From Mariniblastus sp. (GTDB lineage Bacteria > Planctomycetota > Planctomycetia > Pirellulales > Pirellulaceae), in the NCBI GenBank assembly GCA_011523945.1, contig WTFU01000093.1, forward strand, positions 39,385-103,384: DNA of 64,000 nt, given 5' to 3'. The notes beneath the pieces were generated by a model. It saw nothing but the letters and a program-made list of their open reading frames with translations, did not search any database and was not told the DNA's origin. Both the position numbers and the translations under genes were made by a program. This document shows, piece by piece, positions 10,153 to 21,110 of the stretch. The first letter of the stretch is position 1. Each line of letters opens with the position of its first letter.

Positions 10153-10914
10153 ATGAATTCATCCGATAGTCAATTGCAACTTGATGTGCCCTTGGAAAAG
10201 ATTCCGAGGCACGTTGCGATTATCATGGACGGGAATGGGCGATGGGCTCAGCGGCAGGAATTGCCCCGTATTCGAGGCCATCAGCAAGGCGCTAAAACCG
10301 TGCGGTTAATCACGGAAGAATGTGCTCGGCTCGGAATCAAACAACTTACTCTCTATTGCCTCTCCAGTGAAAACTGGAAACGCCCCGAGGATGAACTTGA
10401 GTTTCTTATGTTCTTGCTCTCCCAGTATATGATTCAAGAGCGAGAGACGATGATGGAGAACAACATTCGTCTTCAGATCATTGGAAGACGCGAGCGGATC
10501 CCTGCGGATGTTCAAACGGAGATGGATCAATCTCTCGAGATGACCTCGGGTAATACCGGCACCTGCCTGTGCCTTGCGATTAATTACGGTGGTCGCGCTG
10601 AGATTGTGGATGCCGTTCGACAAATCACTTCCGAAGTGATCGCCGGGAAACTTGACGCTTCTGAGATCACCGAAACCACTGTTTCCGATCACCTTTACAC
10701 CGCTGGAATGTCTGATCCTGATCTGTTGATTCGCACCGCTGGAGAAATGAGGATAAGCAATTACTTACTTTGGCAGATCAGCTATGCTGAAATGTGGGTC
10801 ACTGATAAAATGTGGCCCGAGTTCTCAATCGCAGATTTCCACCAAGCGATTGGTGATTTTTCAAAACGGAATCGACGATTTGGTGGACTCAACAGTGAGG
10901 ATCCAACGTGTTAG
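10153..10914 (+). CDS. uppS: Undecaprenyl diphosphate synthase (cis-prenyltransferase)
   Basis: HVAIIMDGNGRWA, SSENWKRP, NYGGRAEI, DLLIRTAGEMRISNYLLWQISYAE. Confidence 0.97.
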   Translation: MNSSDSQLQLDVPLEKIPRHVAIIMDGNGRWAQRQELPRIRGHQQGAKTVRLITEECARLGIKQLTLYCLSSENWKRPEDELEFLMFLLSQYMIQERETMMENNIRLQIIGRRERIPADVQTEMDQSLEMTSGNTGTCLCLAINYGGRAEIVDAVRQITSEVIAGKLDASEITETTVSDHLYTAGMSDPDLLIRTAGEMRISNYLLWQISYAEMWVTDKMWPEFSIADFHQAIGDFSKRNRRFGGLNSEDPTC

Positions 10915-11840
10915 GCCGCCGCTTAATCTCCGCTGCAGTCATCATTTCATCAATGCTGCTTCTGCTGTACTTCGATTACTCCTTCGGACAGCCTGAAAGT
11001 CTAGGGAGACCTGGTCTGTTACTTTGCGGGTTGGCTGTAATCCTCGCAGCAATGGCAGCCAGTGAATTAGTCTTGATGTTTGATAATGTCGCCTGCCGCC
11101 TCAACCACCACGTAATCGTGCTTGCCACCGTCACAATGACCTGTACCTCCTTTGTCCCGGTACTTTGGAGAGACCAACCCTTCAATTGTCCGCTGGGACA
11201 TTTTGGGTGGGCAATGGCAGGCATCGTTCTGGCAATCGTCCTCGCATTCATCTACCAAATGCGGACCTTCAATCCGTCTCCCTCTCCAGCCAATGGAGAA
11301 ATCATTGACCAACTGGGACGTTCGGCTCTGATTTTCATTTACCTAAGTATGCTCTTCGCATTCCTCGTTCCCCATCGCCTGCTTCAGGACAACAATGCAC
11401 TTGGCTTGGTATCGATTATTACCCTGATCACTTCCACCAAGCTCGCCGATTCTTTTGCCTACTTCATCGGCAAGCGATTTGGAACTGTTAAATTAGCCCC
11501 GAAACTAAGCCCCGGCAAAACCGTCCAGGGGGCCCTTGGCGCGTTCATAGGAGGATGCGTTGGCACGGCAATTGTAATTTACATCGTCGCACCAGTGATT
11601 CTATCCACCGAGGTAAATAAGCCTTGGTGGTGGTTCCTCGCCTACGGAATCTTAGTCACCAGTGCCGGCATGGTAGGCGATCTCGCGGAGTCGCTGATCA
11701 AACGCGACACCCAAACCAAAGACTCGAGTAGTTGGCTGCCTGGACTGGGCGGCATTCTGGACATCATGGATTCCCTTGTTTTCGCCGCTCCCGTCTCCTT
11801 TTTTCTGTGGATAATCGCCGACCTTCCGGCCTCGCCATGA
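10908..11840 (+). CDS. cdsA: Phosphatidate cytidylyltransferase
   Basis: Polytopic membrane protein with DSFAYFIGKRFG...KLSPGKTVQG and GDLAESLIKR...KDSS...PGLGGILDIMDS; overlaps the uppS end. Confidence 0.95.
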   Translation: MLGRRLISAAVIISSMLLLLYFDYSFGQPESLGRPGLLLCGLAVILAAMAASELVLMFDNVACRLNHHVIVLATVTMTCTSFVPVLWRDQPFNCPLGHFGWAMAGIVLAIVLAFIYQMRTFNPSPSPANGEIIDQLGRSALIFIYLSMLFAFLVPHRLLQDNNALGLVSIITLITSTKLADSFAYFIGKRFGTVKLAPKLSPGKTVQGALGAFIGGCVGTAIVIYIVAPVILSTEVNKPWWWFLAYGILVTSAGMVGDLAESLIKRDTQTKDSSSWLPGLGGILDIMDSLVFAAPVSFFLWIIADLPASP

Positions 11841-11868
11841 GCCGGCGATTTTAAGTCTCCACGACCGA

Positions 11869-13164
11869 CTACCGATCCTCATCGGTCAATTCAGAAATAT
11901 CTTTCGGAAGCTTATCATCAACGACTCCATAAGCACCCCTTCCATTGTCCCGGATGCGATTTTTTGCATCATCAACAATCGACTCGACATCGGCGTCCCA
12001 ATATAGTTTCCTTGCTACTTTGACATCGGGTGTTTTCAAAGGCCTAAGCAAACGGAAACCGACTCCTAAACCGGGTGAATCGGTGTACCACCAAGGGCTC
12101 TTCGGAAAATTCGGGTCTTCGTATTTCCACTCCTTATCATCAGAACCTAGCCGGGCAGCACTCCGACAATCCTCAGGCTCTAGCTCCCAAGAACCCCCTC
12201 GTATGACGCGCGGATACAATTTAGTTGGACGCCGCAGTGCCTCGTCAGCTGAAACAGACTTCCCAGCTTCGATGTGGTCGTAGCCATTCTCACTATACTC
12301 ATCGAGCACCCATTCAGCGACATTGCCATACATGTCGTACAACCCCCATGGATTGGGCTTCAATTCACCGACAGGGTGCCGTTCATCATCCGATGTTTCA
12401 ATGTTCCAAGCGTGATCTTCGAGATCATCTGGATCGTCACCAAAGTAAAAAGCCGTCGTTGTTCCAGCGCGACAGGCGTATTCCCACTCCGCTTCGGTAG
12501 GAAGTCGGTAAAACCCATTGGCCATTAAACTCAGCCATTTCGTATACTGCTTGGCCGCAAATTGCGTCATCGTTGCCGCAGGTTGATCGTCAGCCTCCCC
12601 AGCCGAATAGGTAAAACTCGCATCGTACAATGATGACGGCGCGGTCACGGCGTCCACTTCATTGTCGCTATCGACTTTACGAAGCCCCTTCCCGTTAAGA
12701 GCTTTGAAAACTTTGTCGAGTTGCATGTATTTTTTGTACTCGAGCCAGGTCACTTCGTACTTGCCCATCCAAAACGGTTCAACCGAAACTTCAAACTGCG
12801 GTCCTTCGTCATCGCGGCGATCATCTTCATCTTCGGGACTTCCCATCATGAACTTGCCACCGGGAATCGGCACCATTTCGAATTGAATTTCTGTTCCAGG
12901 AATAGTCGCCGTATAAGGCACCATATACCCACCTTCAATCTCAACGAATCGCCCAGACGCTGGCTTTTCTTTGACAATCCCAAGTTCATTCTCACCAATC
13001 GCCCTGGAGACAGGCACCTCATAGGAGACAGTTTGGAGCAACTCTTGTGGCGTCGAACTGGACACCGCAGTAAACGAAGCTGGCTCGGTAGTCTGAAACA
13101 TCAGAGACACCAACCAAACAAAGGCGACGGTTGTGCATGCAATACAGCTGAAAGATAACTTCAC
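11869..13164 (-). CDS. Formylglycine-generating enzyme (FGE-sulfatase/SUMF1) family protein, exported
   Basis: IPGGKFMMGS, PFWMGKYEVT, YRLPTEAEWEYACRAG, PNPWGLYDMYGNVAEW, RVIRGGSW; N-terminal signal/TM segment. Confidence 0.9.
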   Translation of the reverse strand: MKLSFSCIACTTVAFVWLVSLMFQTTEPASFTAVSSSTPQELLQTVSYEVPVSRAIGENELGIVKEKPASGRFVEIEGGYMVPYTATIPGTEIQFEMVPIPGGKFMMGSPEDEDDRRDDEGPQFEVSVEPFWMGKYEVTWLEYKKYMQLDKVFKALNGKGLRKVDSDNEVDAVTAPSSLYDASFTYSAGEADDQPAATMTQFAAKQYTKWLSLMANGFYRLPTEAEWEYACRAGTTTAFYFGDDPDDLEDHAWNIETSDDERHPVGELKPNPWGLYDMYGNVAEWVLDEYSENGYDHIEAGKSVSADEALRRPTKLYPRVIRGGSWELEPEDCRSAARLGSDDKEWKYEDPNFPKSPWWYTDSPGLGVGFRLLRPLKTPDVKVARKLYWDADVESIVDDAKNRIRDNGRGAYGVVDDKLPKDISELTDEDR

Positions 13165-13314
13165 GTTGTTAGTTTCCTAATAAATCAAAAAATACGGTCA
13201 CTCATTAAACTTGGACCGAGACAAATTAAACATCGCTCTGGCACCTTTCTTAGGATACCCGAGGCTCAACAAAAAACGGCAAAAAAAACGGGACGCAACG
13301 ATTTCACGCCAATT

Positions 13315-14337
13315 TCAGGCGGTAACGGTCGAAATTTCTCCTATGATACTGTTGCCTATCTTGTCCCTGATCTCATTCACTGAAAGATCTTGGCTAAACA
13401 GGAATTGCATCTTCGTTAAGGCTGCTTCAATGGTCATATCGCGACCGGGAATCACCCCCGCCTCGGTCAGCGCCGTGCCTGTGGCGTAACTGCCTTGCGT
13501 CATCTCACCATGCAGACACTGTGTACAGCCCAAAATCACCATACCTTCCTGAGTGGCCGCTGAGATTGCCTCCAAAAATTCGGGGTTCTCGGTCGGTCCA
13601 TTTCCATCCCCGAAAGTCTCCAGAATAATCCCCTTAAGAGGCCTTTGTAAAAGATGGTGAAGAATATCAATTGACATTCCCGGAAACAAACGGAAAGCAG
13701 CCACTTCAGTGGCTGTAATCGGTTTCACTTGTAAGCCACCCGATCGCCGCGTCGCGGGAAGGAAGTGCTCTTCAAATATCTCAATGGAAGTTCCCACCGT
13801 GGCCAAAGGTGGATAGTTAGGGGAATCAAAAGCATCGAATCGAGTAGCACTAACTTTAGTGCTACGACAGCCGCGGAATAAATGATCACCAAATAGAAGA
13901 CCGACCTCGGGGATTTGATAATTCGCCGCTAGAACCATTGCCGTTTTGAGATTCTCTCGAGCGTCATTTCGTATCTGGCCAAGCGGGAGTTGAGCTCCGG
14001 TCAAAATCACAGGCTTTGATAAGCCATCCAACATAAACGCGAGAGCGGCGGCACTATAGGCCATCGTGTCAGTTCCATGGAGAACAACAAACCCATCGTA
14101 AAGATCATGCCGCTCTGCAACATCGCCTGCGATTTTCCGCCAGATCAGCGGGGTCATGTTCGAAGAATCCACCAGCGGTTCGTACTCTATTAAATCGAAC
14201 TCGGGCATTGGTGCCTGAGACAATTCGTCCATATTCGCCATTTGGCTGGAAAGGTAGCCTGGTGATGGACGGTAACCTGTTTCAGACGGTCGCATCGAGA
14301 GAGTGCCACCGGTATTAATTACACAAATTTTCTTCAA
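13315..14337 (-). CDS. ansA: L-asparaginase type I (cytoplasmic)
   Basis: INTGGTLSM, VLHGTDTMAY, VILTGAQ, AFDSPNYPPL, DMTIEAALTK; no signal peptide. Confidence 0.93.
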   Translation of the reverse strand: MKKICVINTGGTLSMRPSETGYRPSPGYLSSQMANMDELSQAPMPEFDLIEYEPLVDSSNMTPLIWRKIAGDVAERHDLYDGFVVLHGTDTMAYSAAALAFMLDGLSKPVILTGAQLPLGQIRNDARENLKTAMVLAANYQIPEVGLLFGDHLFRGCRSTKVSATRFDAFDSPNYPPLATVGTSIEIFEEHFLPATRRSGGLQVKPITATEVAAFRLFPGMSIDILHHLLQRPLKGIILETFGDGNGPTENPEFLEAISAATQEGMVILGCTQCLHGEMTQGSYATGTALTEAGVIPGRDMTIEAALTKMQFLFSQDLSVNEIRDKIGNSIIGEISTVTA

Positions 14338-14557
14338 GGATTTTGTCCATTCAACGAGTTCAAGAACATATCCAGTGTAAACAATTTGGGACGTTCCTGC
14401 CGAAACTTTCCTGACCGTGAAATTTTACCTGACCGTCTAAAACCTTTGCGGTTATCAACTCAAACGCTGATCTAGGTTGACGGAGTCTGCTACATACGAC
14501 ATTCTTTACAAGGTCAAAAAGATTTAAAACCAGCTTTTCTTTAACGAGGCGAATTCC

Positions 14558-14869
14558 ATGGCTGAAAAAGACCAATCCCCTAACCCCCGCCCCATTACCG
14601 TTGACGAGTCAAAAACGGTCAGTTCCTACGCCAACTTTTGCCGCGTTACTGGGTCACCCGAAGAATTGATCGTTGATTTTGGAATGAACTCTCAGCCTAT
14701 GGGGCAAAACGAGAAACCCGTCGATATTTCGCAAAGGATTGTACTCAATTTTTACACAGCCAAACGTCTGCTCCATGCCCTCCACGTTTCTGTGCAGAGA
14801 CATGAAGAAGTTTTTGGCAAGATCGAAACCGACATTCAAAAGCGAGTCGTTCCGCGGGAATCTAAATAA
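14558..14869 (+). CDS. DUF3467 family protein
   Basis: SSYANFCRVTGSPEELIVDFG...RIVLNFYTAKRLLHAL...HEEVFGKIE is the DUF3467 pattern. Confidence 0.85.
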   Translation: MAEKDQSPNPRPITVDESKTVSSYANFCRVTGSPEELIVDFGMNSQPMGQNEKPVDISQRIVLNFYTAKRLLHALHVSVQRHEEVFGKIETDIQKRVVPRESK

Positions 14870-14902
14870 TTGGTTCCCGCCAATTAGTCCAGTTTAAGTT
14901 TT

Positions 14903-14931
14903 AAAAGGCCGCCCTCGGGCTGGCCTTTTTT
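14903..14931 (+). terminator. Intrinsic terminator after the DUF3467 gene
   Basis: AAAAGGCC-GCC-CTCG-GGC-T-GGCCTTTTTT hairpin with a T-run. Confidence 0.75.
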
Positions 14932-15080
14932 CTTGGAAAACGACTTACCTTTAACCTCCGCCACCGGATCACTTTCCACCCCAATCAACAAGGTGGTGGT
15001 CGCCCCTTTTTCAACCTCCGAGTCGTCGGTAAATTAGATGACTTATTAAATCTCACCCTTCGACCATTTTTGGAACCACC

Positions 15081-16268
15081 ATGGCCAAAGTCACGATCAA
15101 CGATATTGAAGTCACCAGCAAGTCCATTCTTATGCGAGTCGATTTCAACGTTCCTTTAAACGACAATCTTGAAATCACTGATGACCGCCGCATCGAGATG
15201 GCACTCCCCTCCATAAAATCGGTTGTCGATCGAGGCGGTCGCCTAATTCTCATCAGTCACCTCGGACGCCCCAAAGGCGTACCTTCTGAAAAATTAAGCT
15301 TAGCACCGGTCGCTAAGCGACTTGCGGAAATCCTCGAAAACAAAGTTTCATTTGCTACAGATACTGTTGGCCCGGATGCAGCAGAAAAAGTCAAGGCGTT
15401 GCAGGACGGAGAAATTGTCGTCCTTGAGAACTTACGATTTGACGCGAGAGAAAAATCAGGGGATGCATCCTTCTCAGCTCAATTGGCTGACTTTGCAGAC
15501 ATCTACTGCAATAATGCATTCGGCACCTGTCACCGGGAAGATGCTTCCATGTACGGTGTACCTCTGGCCATGGGGGGCAAAGCCAAGGTGGTTGGAACCC
15601 TGGTTGAAAAAGAAATTAAATATCTCAACGATGTGATCAGCAATCCCGATCGCCCGTTTGTTGCAATTTTAGGGGGCGCCAAAGTTTCTGACAAAATTAA
15701 AGTTATCGAGAACTTAATTGGTGTCTGTGATCACATTCTAATTGGCGGTGCCATGGCCTACACCTTTGCTTTAGCTCAAGGTGGAAAGGTAGGAGACAGT
15801 CTCGTCGAACCAGATAAAGTCGACCTTGCAAAAGAACTCATCTCTAAAGCAGGGGACAAACTCATTCTCCCAGTTGATACCCATTGTGGTGACGACTTTA
15901 ATTCCCAATGCAATAAACAAGTTGTTGCCGCTGGTGAAATCGCGGATGGTTTTGAAGGACTCGATATCGGTCCTGAGTCTGCAAAGCAGTTTGCCGAAAT
16001 CATTAAATCGGCAAAGACGGTGGTTTGGAACGGGCCAATGGGTGTATTCGAAATGCCTCCATTTGATGAAGGCACAAAAGTTGTTGCCCAGGCAATTGCC
16101 GATAGTGAAGCGATTAGCATCATCGGCGGAGGCGACAGCGCCGCTGCTATTGCGCAGCTTGGCTTCGAAGATTCAGTAACCCATGTGAGCACTGGCGGGG
16201 GGGCAAGCCTCGCGATGTTAGAAGGGAAAACATTTGCTGCGGTCGAAATTCTTGATGACCAAGCCTAG
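15081..16268 (+). CDS. pgk: Phosphoglycerate kinase
   Basis: [57 protein letters not shown]. Confidence 0.99.
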   Translation: MAKVTINDIEVTSKSILMRVDFNVPLNDNLEITDDRRIEMALPSIKSVVDRGGRLILISHLGRPKGVPSEKLSLAPVAKRLAEILENKVSFATDTVGPDAAEKVKALQDGEIVVLENLRFDAREKSGDASFSAQLADFADIYCNNAFGTCHREDASMYGVPLAMGGKAKVVGTLVEKEIKYLNDVISNPDRPFVAILGGAKVSDKIKVIENLIGVCDHILIGGAMAYTFALAQGGKVGDSLVEPDKVDLAKELISKAGDKLILPVDTHCGDDFNSQCNKQVVAAGEIADGFEGLDIGPESAKQFAEIIKSAKTVVWNGPMGVFEMPPFDEGTKVVAQAIADSEAISIIGGGDSAAAIAQLGFEDSVTHVSTGGGASLAMLEGKTFAAVEILDDQA

Positions 16269-16338
16269 CCTTCTGCTCTCCAGCAAAATCAGAAATACCA
16301 CGTTTCTGATATTGCCTGACAACCATAAACCTAGGTTG

Positions 16339-16370
16339 ACCAGCGAGGCTTCTCCCTCGTGGGGTTTTTT
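16339..16370 (+). terminator. Possible intrinsic terminator after pgk
   Basis: CGAGG-CTTCTC-CCTCG stem followed by TGGGGTTTTTT. Confidence 0.5.
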
Positions 16371-16533
16371 GTGGTATCTTGGCAGGAACCCTTACCAGTT
16401 CTGTCTTGCTTGAGTTGCGTGGCCAGCTTCAATTCAAATAATTAATCGGCTTAAATTCGTTAACTAGCTCAATTCAGACTTAACGCAAACATTGCCGTTG
16501 ATCTGTGGCTTCCGACTCTGACATTCGTTTCCT

Positions 16534-17373
16534 ATGCTCAACAACGCACCAGTCCAGAAACTAAAACACGACGGATTAACCGTCGAAGGCTACTCACGCG
16601 CGGCAGTCCAATCCTACTGGCGAATCCCCGAACTCAAACTTGGCTTTGACCTGGGAGCCCACCCCTGGGATTTCATGGGCACGCCGACTTGGTTAATCAG
16701 CCATTGTCACCTCGATCATATTGCGGCCTTGCCGCTATACGTAGCTCGCCGCAGGCTCATGAAAATGAGCCCACCGAAAATCTACCTTCCCCAATCAAAC
16801 ATGGATGCCGTTCGGCAAATGCTCAATTCGTTTGTCAAACTTGACCGCGGCAAAATGCCTTGTGATTTGATCGGCGTTTCACCCGGAGACGAAATTGAGC
16901 TTTCTCGAGAACTAATCGTCAATGTTCACGGGACGAAGCATACTGTGCCCAGTGTTGGATATATTGTTTCTGAACGCCGAAAGAAACTGAAAAAAGAATT
17001 TCTTGACTTGAGCGGCGAAGAAATCAAGACACTCCGTAGCGAAGGAACAGAAATCACAACCGAATCCCGAATCCCTTTAATTGGGTTCACCGGCGATACC
17101 TCACCGGCAGGCCTCGATCAAAATCCTGAATTCTATGAGACAAAAATTTTGATTACCGAGATGACTTTCATTTCACCGGAACATCGAAAAGAATTAATTC
17201 ACAAGAACGGACACATGCACCTAGATGATTTCATGGCTCGTCAGGAAAAATTCAATAACGAAATCATCATCGCTGGGCACTTCAGTACCCGCTACAGCCT
17301 TCACCAATCAAAAAAACTGGTAAACCAACAGTTACCTGGAATGCTTGGAGGAAGATTGAAACTGTGGATTTAA
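16534..17373 (+). CDS. MBL-fold hydrolase, TM-type short tRNase Z-like
   Basis: HCHLDH (HxHxDH) motif, a flexible-arm-like segment [27 protein letters not shown], then GFTGDT and HFSTRY. Confidence 0.8.
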   Translation: MLNNAPVQKLKHDGLTVEGYSRAAVQSYWRIPELKLGFDLGAHPWDFMGTPTWLISHCHLDHIAALPLYVARRRLMKMSPPKIYLPQSNMDAVRQMLNSFVKLDRGKMPCDLIGVSPGDEIELSRELIVNVHGTKHTVPSVGYIVSERRKKLKKEFLDLSGEEIKTLRSEGTEITTESRIPLIGFTGDTSPAGLDQNPEFYETKILITEMTFISPEHRKELIHKNGHMHLDDFMARQEKFNNEIIIAGHFSTRYSLHQSKKLVNQQLPGMLGGRLKLWI

Positions 17374-18599
17374 AGAGAAGGCATATTTCGGACGTTGCCT
17401 CCGGAAGCGATAAGGGAACACCGCCAAGCTCGACGTTTCGCCCACAGCTCAGTCACCCCCAATCAGTTTATATTCACATTCCGTTTTGCCGGCACCGCTG
17501 CGGTTACTGCAACTTCACCTTAGTTGCTGGGCGAGATTATTTAATTGATCGATTTCTCGATGCACTCGAAATTGAAATAAACTGGCTCGAGAGAAACTAC
17601 TCGCTAGAAACAATGTTTCTCGGAGGCGGCACACCAAGCCACCTCAGCCCAAAACAGCTTGACAGGCTCTCAAAAATTATCAGCCACCGATTCACATATT
17701 TATCGGATGCGGAAATAACAGCGGAATGCAACCCGAATGACCTCGATCGCGATCGGCTCAATGCACTCAGGGATTTAGGCGTAAATCGAATCAGCCTTGG
17801 TGTTCAATCATTAAACCCTGAAAAACTAAAACGACTTGAACGGGATCATTGCGAGAACGATGTTCGACTCGCCATCACTGAAACCAAAAACCTGGGCTTT
17901 GATGTTTCAATCGACTTGATCTTTGCTGCACCTCAAGAAACTTTAGATCAATGGCAAACGGATCTAAACCAGGCTGTCTCGTATGAGCCTGACCATCTTT
18001 CGACGTACGAACTGACGTATGAAAAAGGCACTCAATTCTGGAATCGACTCAACCACGGGGCGATTAGTGAGGCAAGCGAAGACCTGAGAGCAGAAATGTA
18101 TTCTTATGCCATTGAACGCTTACGGCAGGTCGGCATGCAACAATACGAAGTATCAAGTTTTGCCCGAATTGATAAAGCCTGTCGACACAATCTTGCTTAT
18201 TGGCAGGGCGATCCATTTTTTGCATTCGGACCGGGTGCAGCTAGATTCGTCGATGGTGTTCGAGAAACAAATCACCGAAGCACAATGCGGTACTTAAATT
18301 TAGTTCACTCTGGAAAATGCCCAGTGGCCGAACGGGAACATCTGTCCCCCGAACCGGCAGCGAGGGAACGATTAGCAGTTGGCCTGAGAATGATTGACGG
18401 TGTCGATGAAACCCAGTTTTATGAACGCACTGGATACTCGATAGAGGAGATTCTATGTGGTTTAGAGCAAAAACTCGTGGACAACAATCTACTTAGGCAC
18501 GACGGCAAAAACTATCAGTTAACAGAACGAGGCGTCATGCTTTGTGACTGGATCGCAGCGGAAATCGTAAATCATTCCTCGGCAAATTCAGCTGATTAA
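17364..18599 (+). CDS. hemW: Radical SAM heme chaperone HemW (HemN-like)
   Basis: [16 protein letters not shown] (CxxxCxxC), [23 protein letters not shown]. The exact start is uncertain because it overlaps the upstream gene. Confidence 0.9.
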   Translation: MDLKRRHISDVASGSDKGTPPSSTFRPQLSHPQSVYIHIPFCRHRCGYCNFTLVAGRDYLIDRFLDALEIEINWLERNYSLETMFLGGGTPSHLSPKQLDRLSKIISHRFTYLSDAEITAECNPNDLDRDRLNALRDLGVNRISLGVQSLNPEKLKRLERDHCENDVRLAITETKNLGFDVSIDLIFAAPQETLDQWQTDLNQAVSYEPDHLSTYELTYEKGTQFWNRLNHGAISEASEDLRAEMYSYAIERLRQVGMQQYEVSSFARIDKACRHNLAYWQGDPFFAFGPGAARFVDGVRETNHRSTMRYLNLVHSGKCPVAEREHLSPEPAARERLAVGLRMIDGVDETQFYERTGYSIEEILCGLEQKLVDNNLLRHDGKNYQLTERGVMLCDWIAAEIVNHSSANSAD

Positions 18600-18608
18600 A
18601 AGCAATGG

Positions 18609-20258
18609 TCACTCACGCCCGTCAGTAATCTCCGGTTCGATCTTTTTCACAACATCGCCTTGAGATTCAATTTTCTTTTTTAAGATTTGCAACTGCTCTG
18701 CAGCGACAACAACCAGTTGCCGGTAATCACGGCGCCCCGCATAGGTAAAGACAATCTCAGACAATAGGTCATGGGCGGTTGCCATCTGATCGGGCGTAGT
18801 AACATCCTTAGCCACCGCGATCATCTCACTCAACTCATTGATGTCCGTGGGCAAAGATCGTTTCTTTGACAACTCCCCCAACCTCACGACTGATTCCTGG
18901 TAGACATGACGCTCTCTTCCGTCCGGATCGATTGAAGCGACGAGTTTTGTAAATATTCTCTTTGCTGATTCATTGCTTTCGTCGAGTTGAAGTTGAACCG
19001 CCCGACCGAAATCCAAAACATTTTCCGTCTGCAGTCGCGTTACTAAACCGCGTTCAGCGTTTCGAACAAGTGACTTCCTCCGCGCCTTATAAAACAGTTC
19101 CTCTGAATTTTGTTGGACGTCTGAATCACCATCCATCAAAGGTTTTAGGAGCACTTCCGCCTCTGCCCACTGCACCGGATCTTCGGACTCCACCATGATC
19201 GCCGCTTTGGCTACCACTTCGCTGGGACTTTCTGGGATAAGGCAATAAACGATAAAACAGGCGACCGCCAAAAAGGCAACAACCTGAAAGCCGACCGTTT
19301 GGATTAGAGGCGTGTCACTTTTGAGCGTCTGCTTTTTCTTTTTCTTTTTAACGCCAAGCAACCGTCGAGCCTCGGACCTGTCAGCACCAATCGTGAGTGG
19401 ATTGAATCCGCCGGAAATCTGAGAGATTGCCGGTTTTTTTGTCGCGTCGATGTTTTTGATCTCGTCAAATGCCAAAACAATAGCGCGTGCCGAATGGGGA
19501 CGTAATTTGGCATCGGGGGACAGCATTTGGCTTATAATCTTATCCAGCCAAATTGGGCAATTCATGATATGGTTGGCGACCGACGGAACCTCCGCCTTCA
19601 TTTTCATCTTTTTCATGCGGCCGAACGTGTCAGGTGGATAAGGCAGTTTCCCGGTAAGCATCTCGAACAAGACAACGCCGAGCGAATAAAAATCTGATTT
19701 TTGAGTTGCACCATCGACGAATTGTTCCGGTGCCATGTAAGCCGCCGTATCCAGCTCTCTTCGTCGTGTCTTATCCCACCGTCGCTTCTTAGCACGGTTC
19801 AAACGCAGATCTGCAATTTTGATTCGGTGGTCACTCGTCAACAATATCTTTTCTGGCGTCAACTTCGAGTGAATCAGATCTTTACTGTGGAGGTAACGAA
19901 GAACATCAGCTATTTGCCGCCCGTACTCCACAACGAGATCGGGCGTCAGTTTGCCGCGTCTCGCAAGAACCGCTGCAAGAGATTCGCCTTCAATTAACTC
20001 ACTCGCAAAAAACACTCTCTGCTCATCTACTCCGGCACCATACACCTTAACCAGCCCCGGGTGGGCAAGGTTTTGCAACCCGACGACCTCGCGGTCGATT
20101 TTGGCGATCGCTTTCTCCCACTCCACGGTGGGAGGTAGTTTGATAAATTTTAGTGCAACTTCGCGGGCCTGTTCTGTCTGGACGGCGCGATAAACCTTCT
20201 GCCGACGACTGCCAAGTCGTTCGACAATTTTGAAGGGACCAACGTGTTTATTGACCAC
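18609..20258 (-). CDS. Membrane-anchored Ser/Thr protein kinase-like protein, predicted pseudokinase
   Basis: Kinase fold (VALKFI, YMAPEQ, DFYSLGVVLFEMLTGKLP) with degenerate catalytic motifs: HSKLTPEK in place of HRDLKPxN and DLR in place of DFG. A TM helix and a helical extracytoplasmic domain follow. Confidence 0.85.
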   Translation of the reverse strand: MVNKHVGPFKIVERLGSRRQKVYRAVQTEQAREVALKFIKLPPTVEWEKAIAKIDREVVGLQNLAHPGLVKVYGAGVDEQRVFFASELIEGESLAAVLARRGKLTPDLVVEYGRQIADVLRYLHSKDLIHSKLTPEKILLTSDHRIKIADLRLNRAKKRRWDKTRRRELDTAAYMAPEQFVDGATQKSDFYSLGVVLFEMLTGKLPYPPDTFGRMKKMKMKAEVPSVANHIMNCPIWLDKIISQMLSPDAKLRPHSARAIVLAFDEIKNIDATKKPAISQISGGFNPLTIGADRSEARRLLGVKKKKKKQTLKSDTPLIQTVGFQVVAFLAVACFIVYCLIPESPSEVVAKAAIMVESEDPVQWAEAEVLLKPLMDGDSDVQQNSEELFYKARRKSLVRNAERGLVTRLQTENVLDFGRAVQLQLDESNESAKRIFTKLVASIDPDGRERHVYQESVVRLGELSKKRSLPTDINELSEMIAVAKDVTTPDQMATAHDLLSEIVFTYAGRRDYRQLVVVAAEQLQILKKKIESQGDVVKKIEPEITDGRE

Positions 20259-20592
20259 GGGACCACCTTTGGCGTTGAGGAAGTGAGGAGGGAAGGAGGA
20301 AACGGAACGTTTCCGGGATGAGTAGTCGGGTTTAATGGTAATTGCTTTACCGAATTTTTCAAAACGAGATTCACAGCAATTTACAGCCCGATTCCGATAA
20401 ACTACGTCCTTTGGGGCAAACTGAACGACATTGAATCAATGCTCCCCCAGCCATCTTTACGAGTTACTAACGACTTAGACGGTTATTTCCGGCCAAATTG
20501 GAGACAGACTCCATCGGAAACTTAAACTACTACAAATCTAATGGCTGTATTGTTTACGCAATCTGATCGACGCGGTCACGGAATTAAAAACC

Positions 20593-21102
20593 TCACCCGT
20601 TTGGAAACTGCCGCAAATATTCGTAGACCGCCATCGTGGTTGCCGTAACAACATTGTAGCTGTAGGGCATCCCATAGACGGGAATCTCGATCACATCGTC
20701 CACCAATGCCAACTCTTCTGCACTCATGCCATGACGCTCATGCCCAATGACCAACGCCGTGCGACGCTGGTATCCATACTCATAGATTAGCTGCGAACGG
20801 TCCGTTTGCTCGAGTCCAACAATTCGGTACCCCTCACTTCTCAACGTTTTCAAAACAGGAACTAACGTTCGGCGCCTCTCAATAACAACATGGCCAATTC
20901 CATCCCTTGCAATCGTCGGATCAATTTTGGCTGCGCCGCAGGCAATAATCTTCTCTACGGCTGCACACCCTGCGAGGCGAACAATTCTGGAAAGGTTAAC
21001 CTTACTTTTGAAACTAGGACAAGCAAGAATCAGTTCCCTTGGACAGGATAGATTGGTCAGTGGTTTATGGCGGAGATGCTCAGGTGGTTGTTGGTCAGTC
21101 AT
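20593..21102 (-). CDS. TrmH/SpoU family RNA methyltransferase
   Basis: SPOUT motifs ALVIGHERHGM and IEIPVYGMPYSYNV. Confidence 0.9.
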   Translation of the reverse strand: MTDQQPPEHLRHKPLTNLSCPRELILACPSFKSKVNLSRIVRLAGCAAVEKIIACGAAKIDPTIARDGIGHVVIERRRTLVPVLKTLRSEGYRIVGLEQTDRSQLIYEYGYQRRTALVIGHERHGMSAEELALVDDVIEIPVYGMPYSYNVVTATTMAVYEYLRQFPNG

Positions 21103-21110
21103 AACATCCG

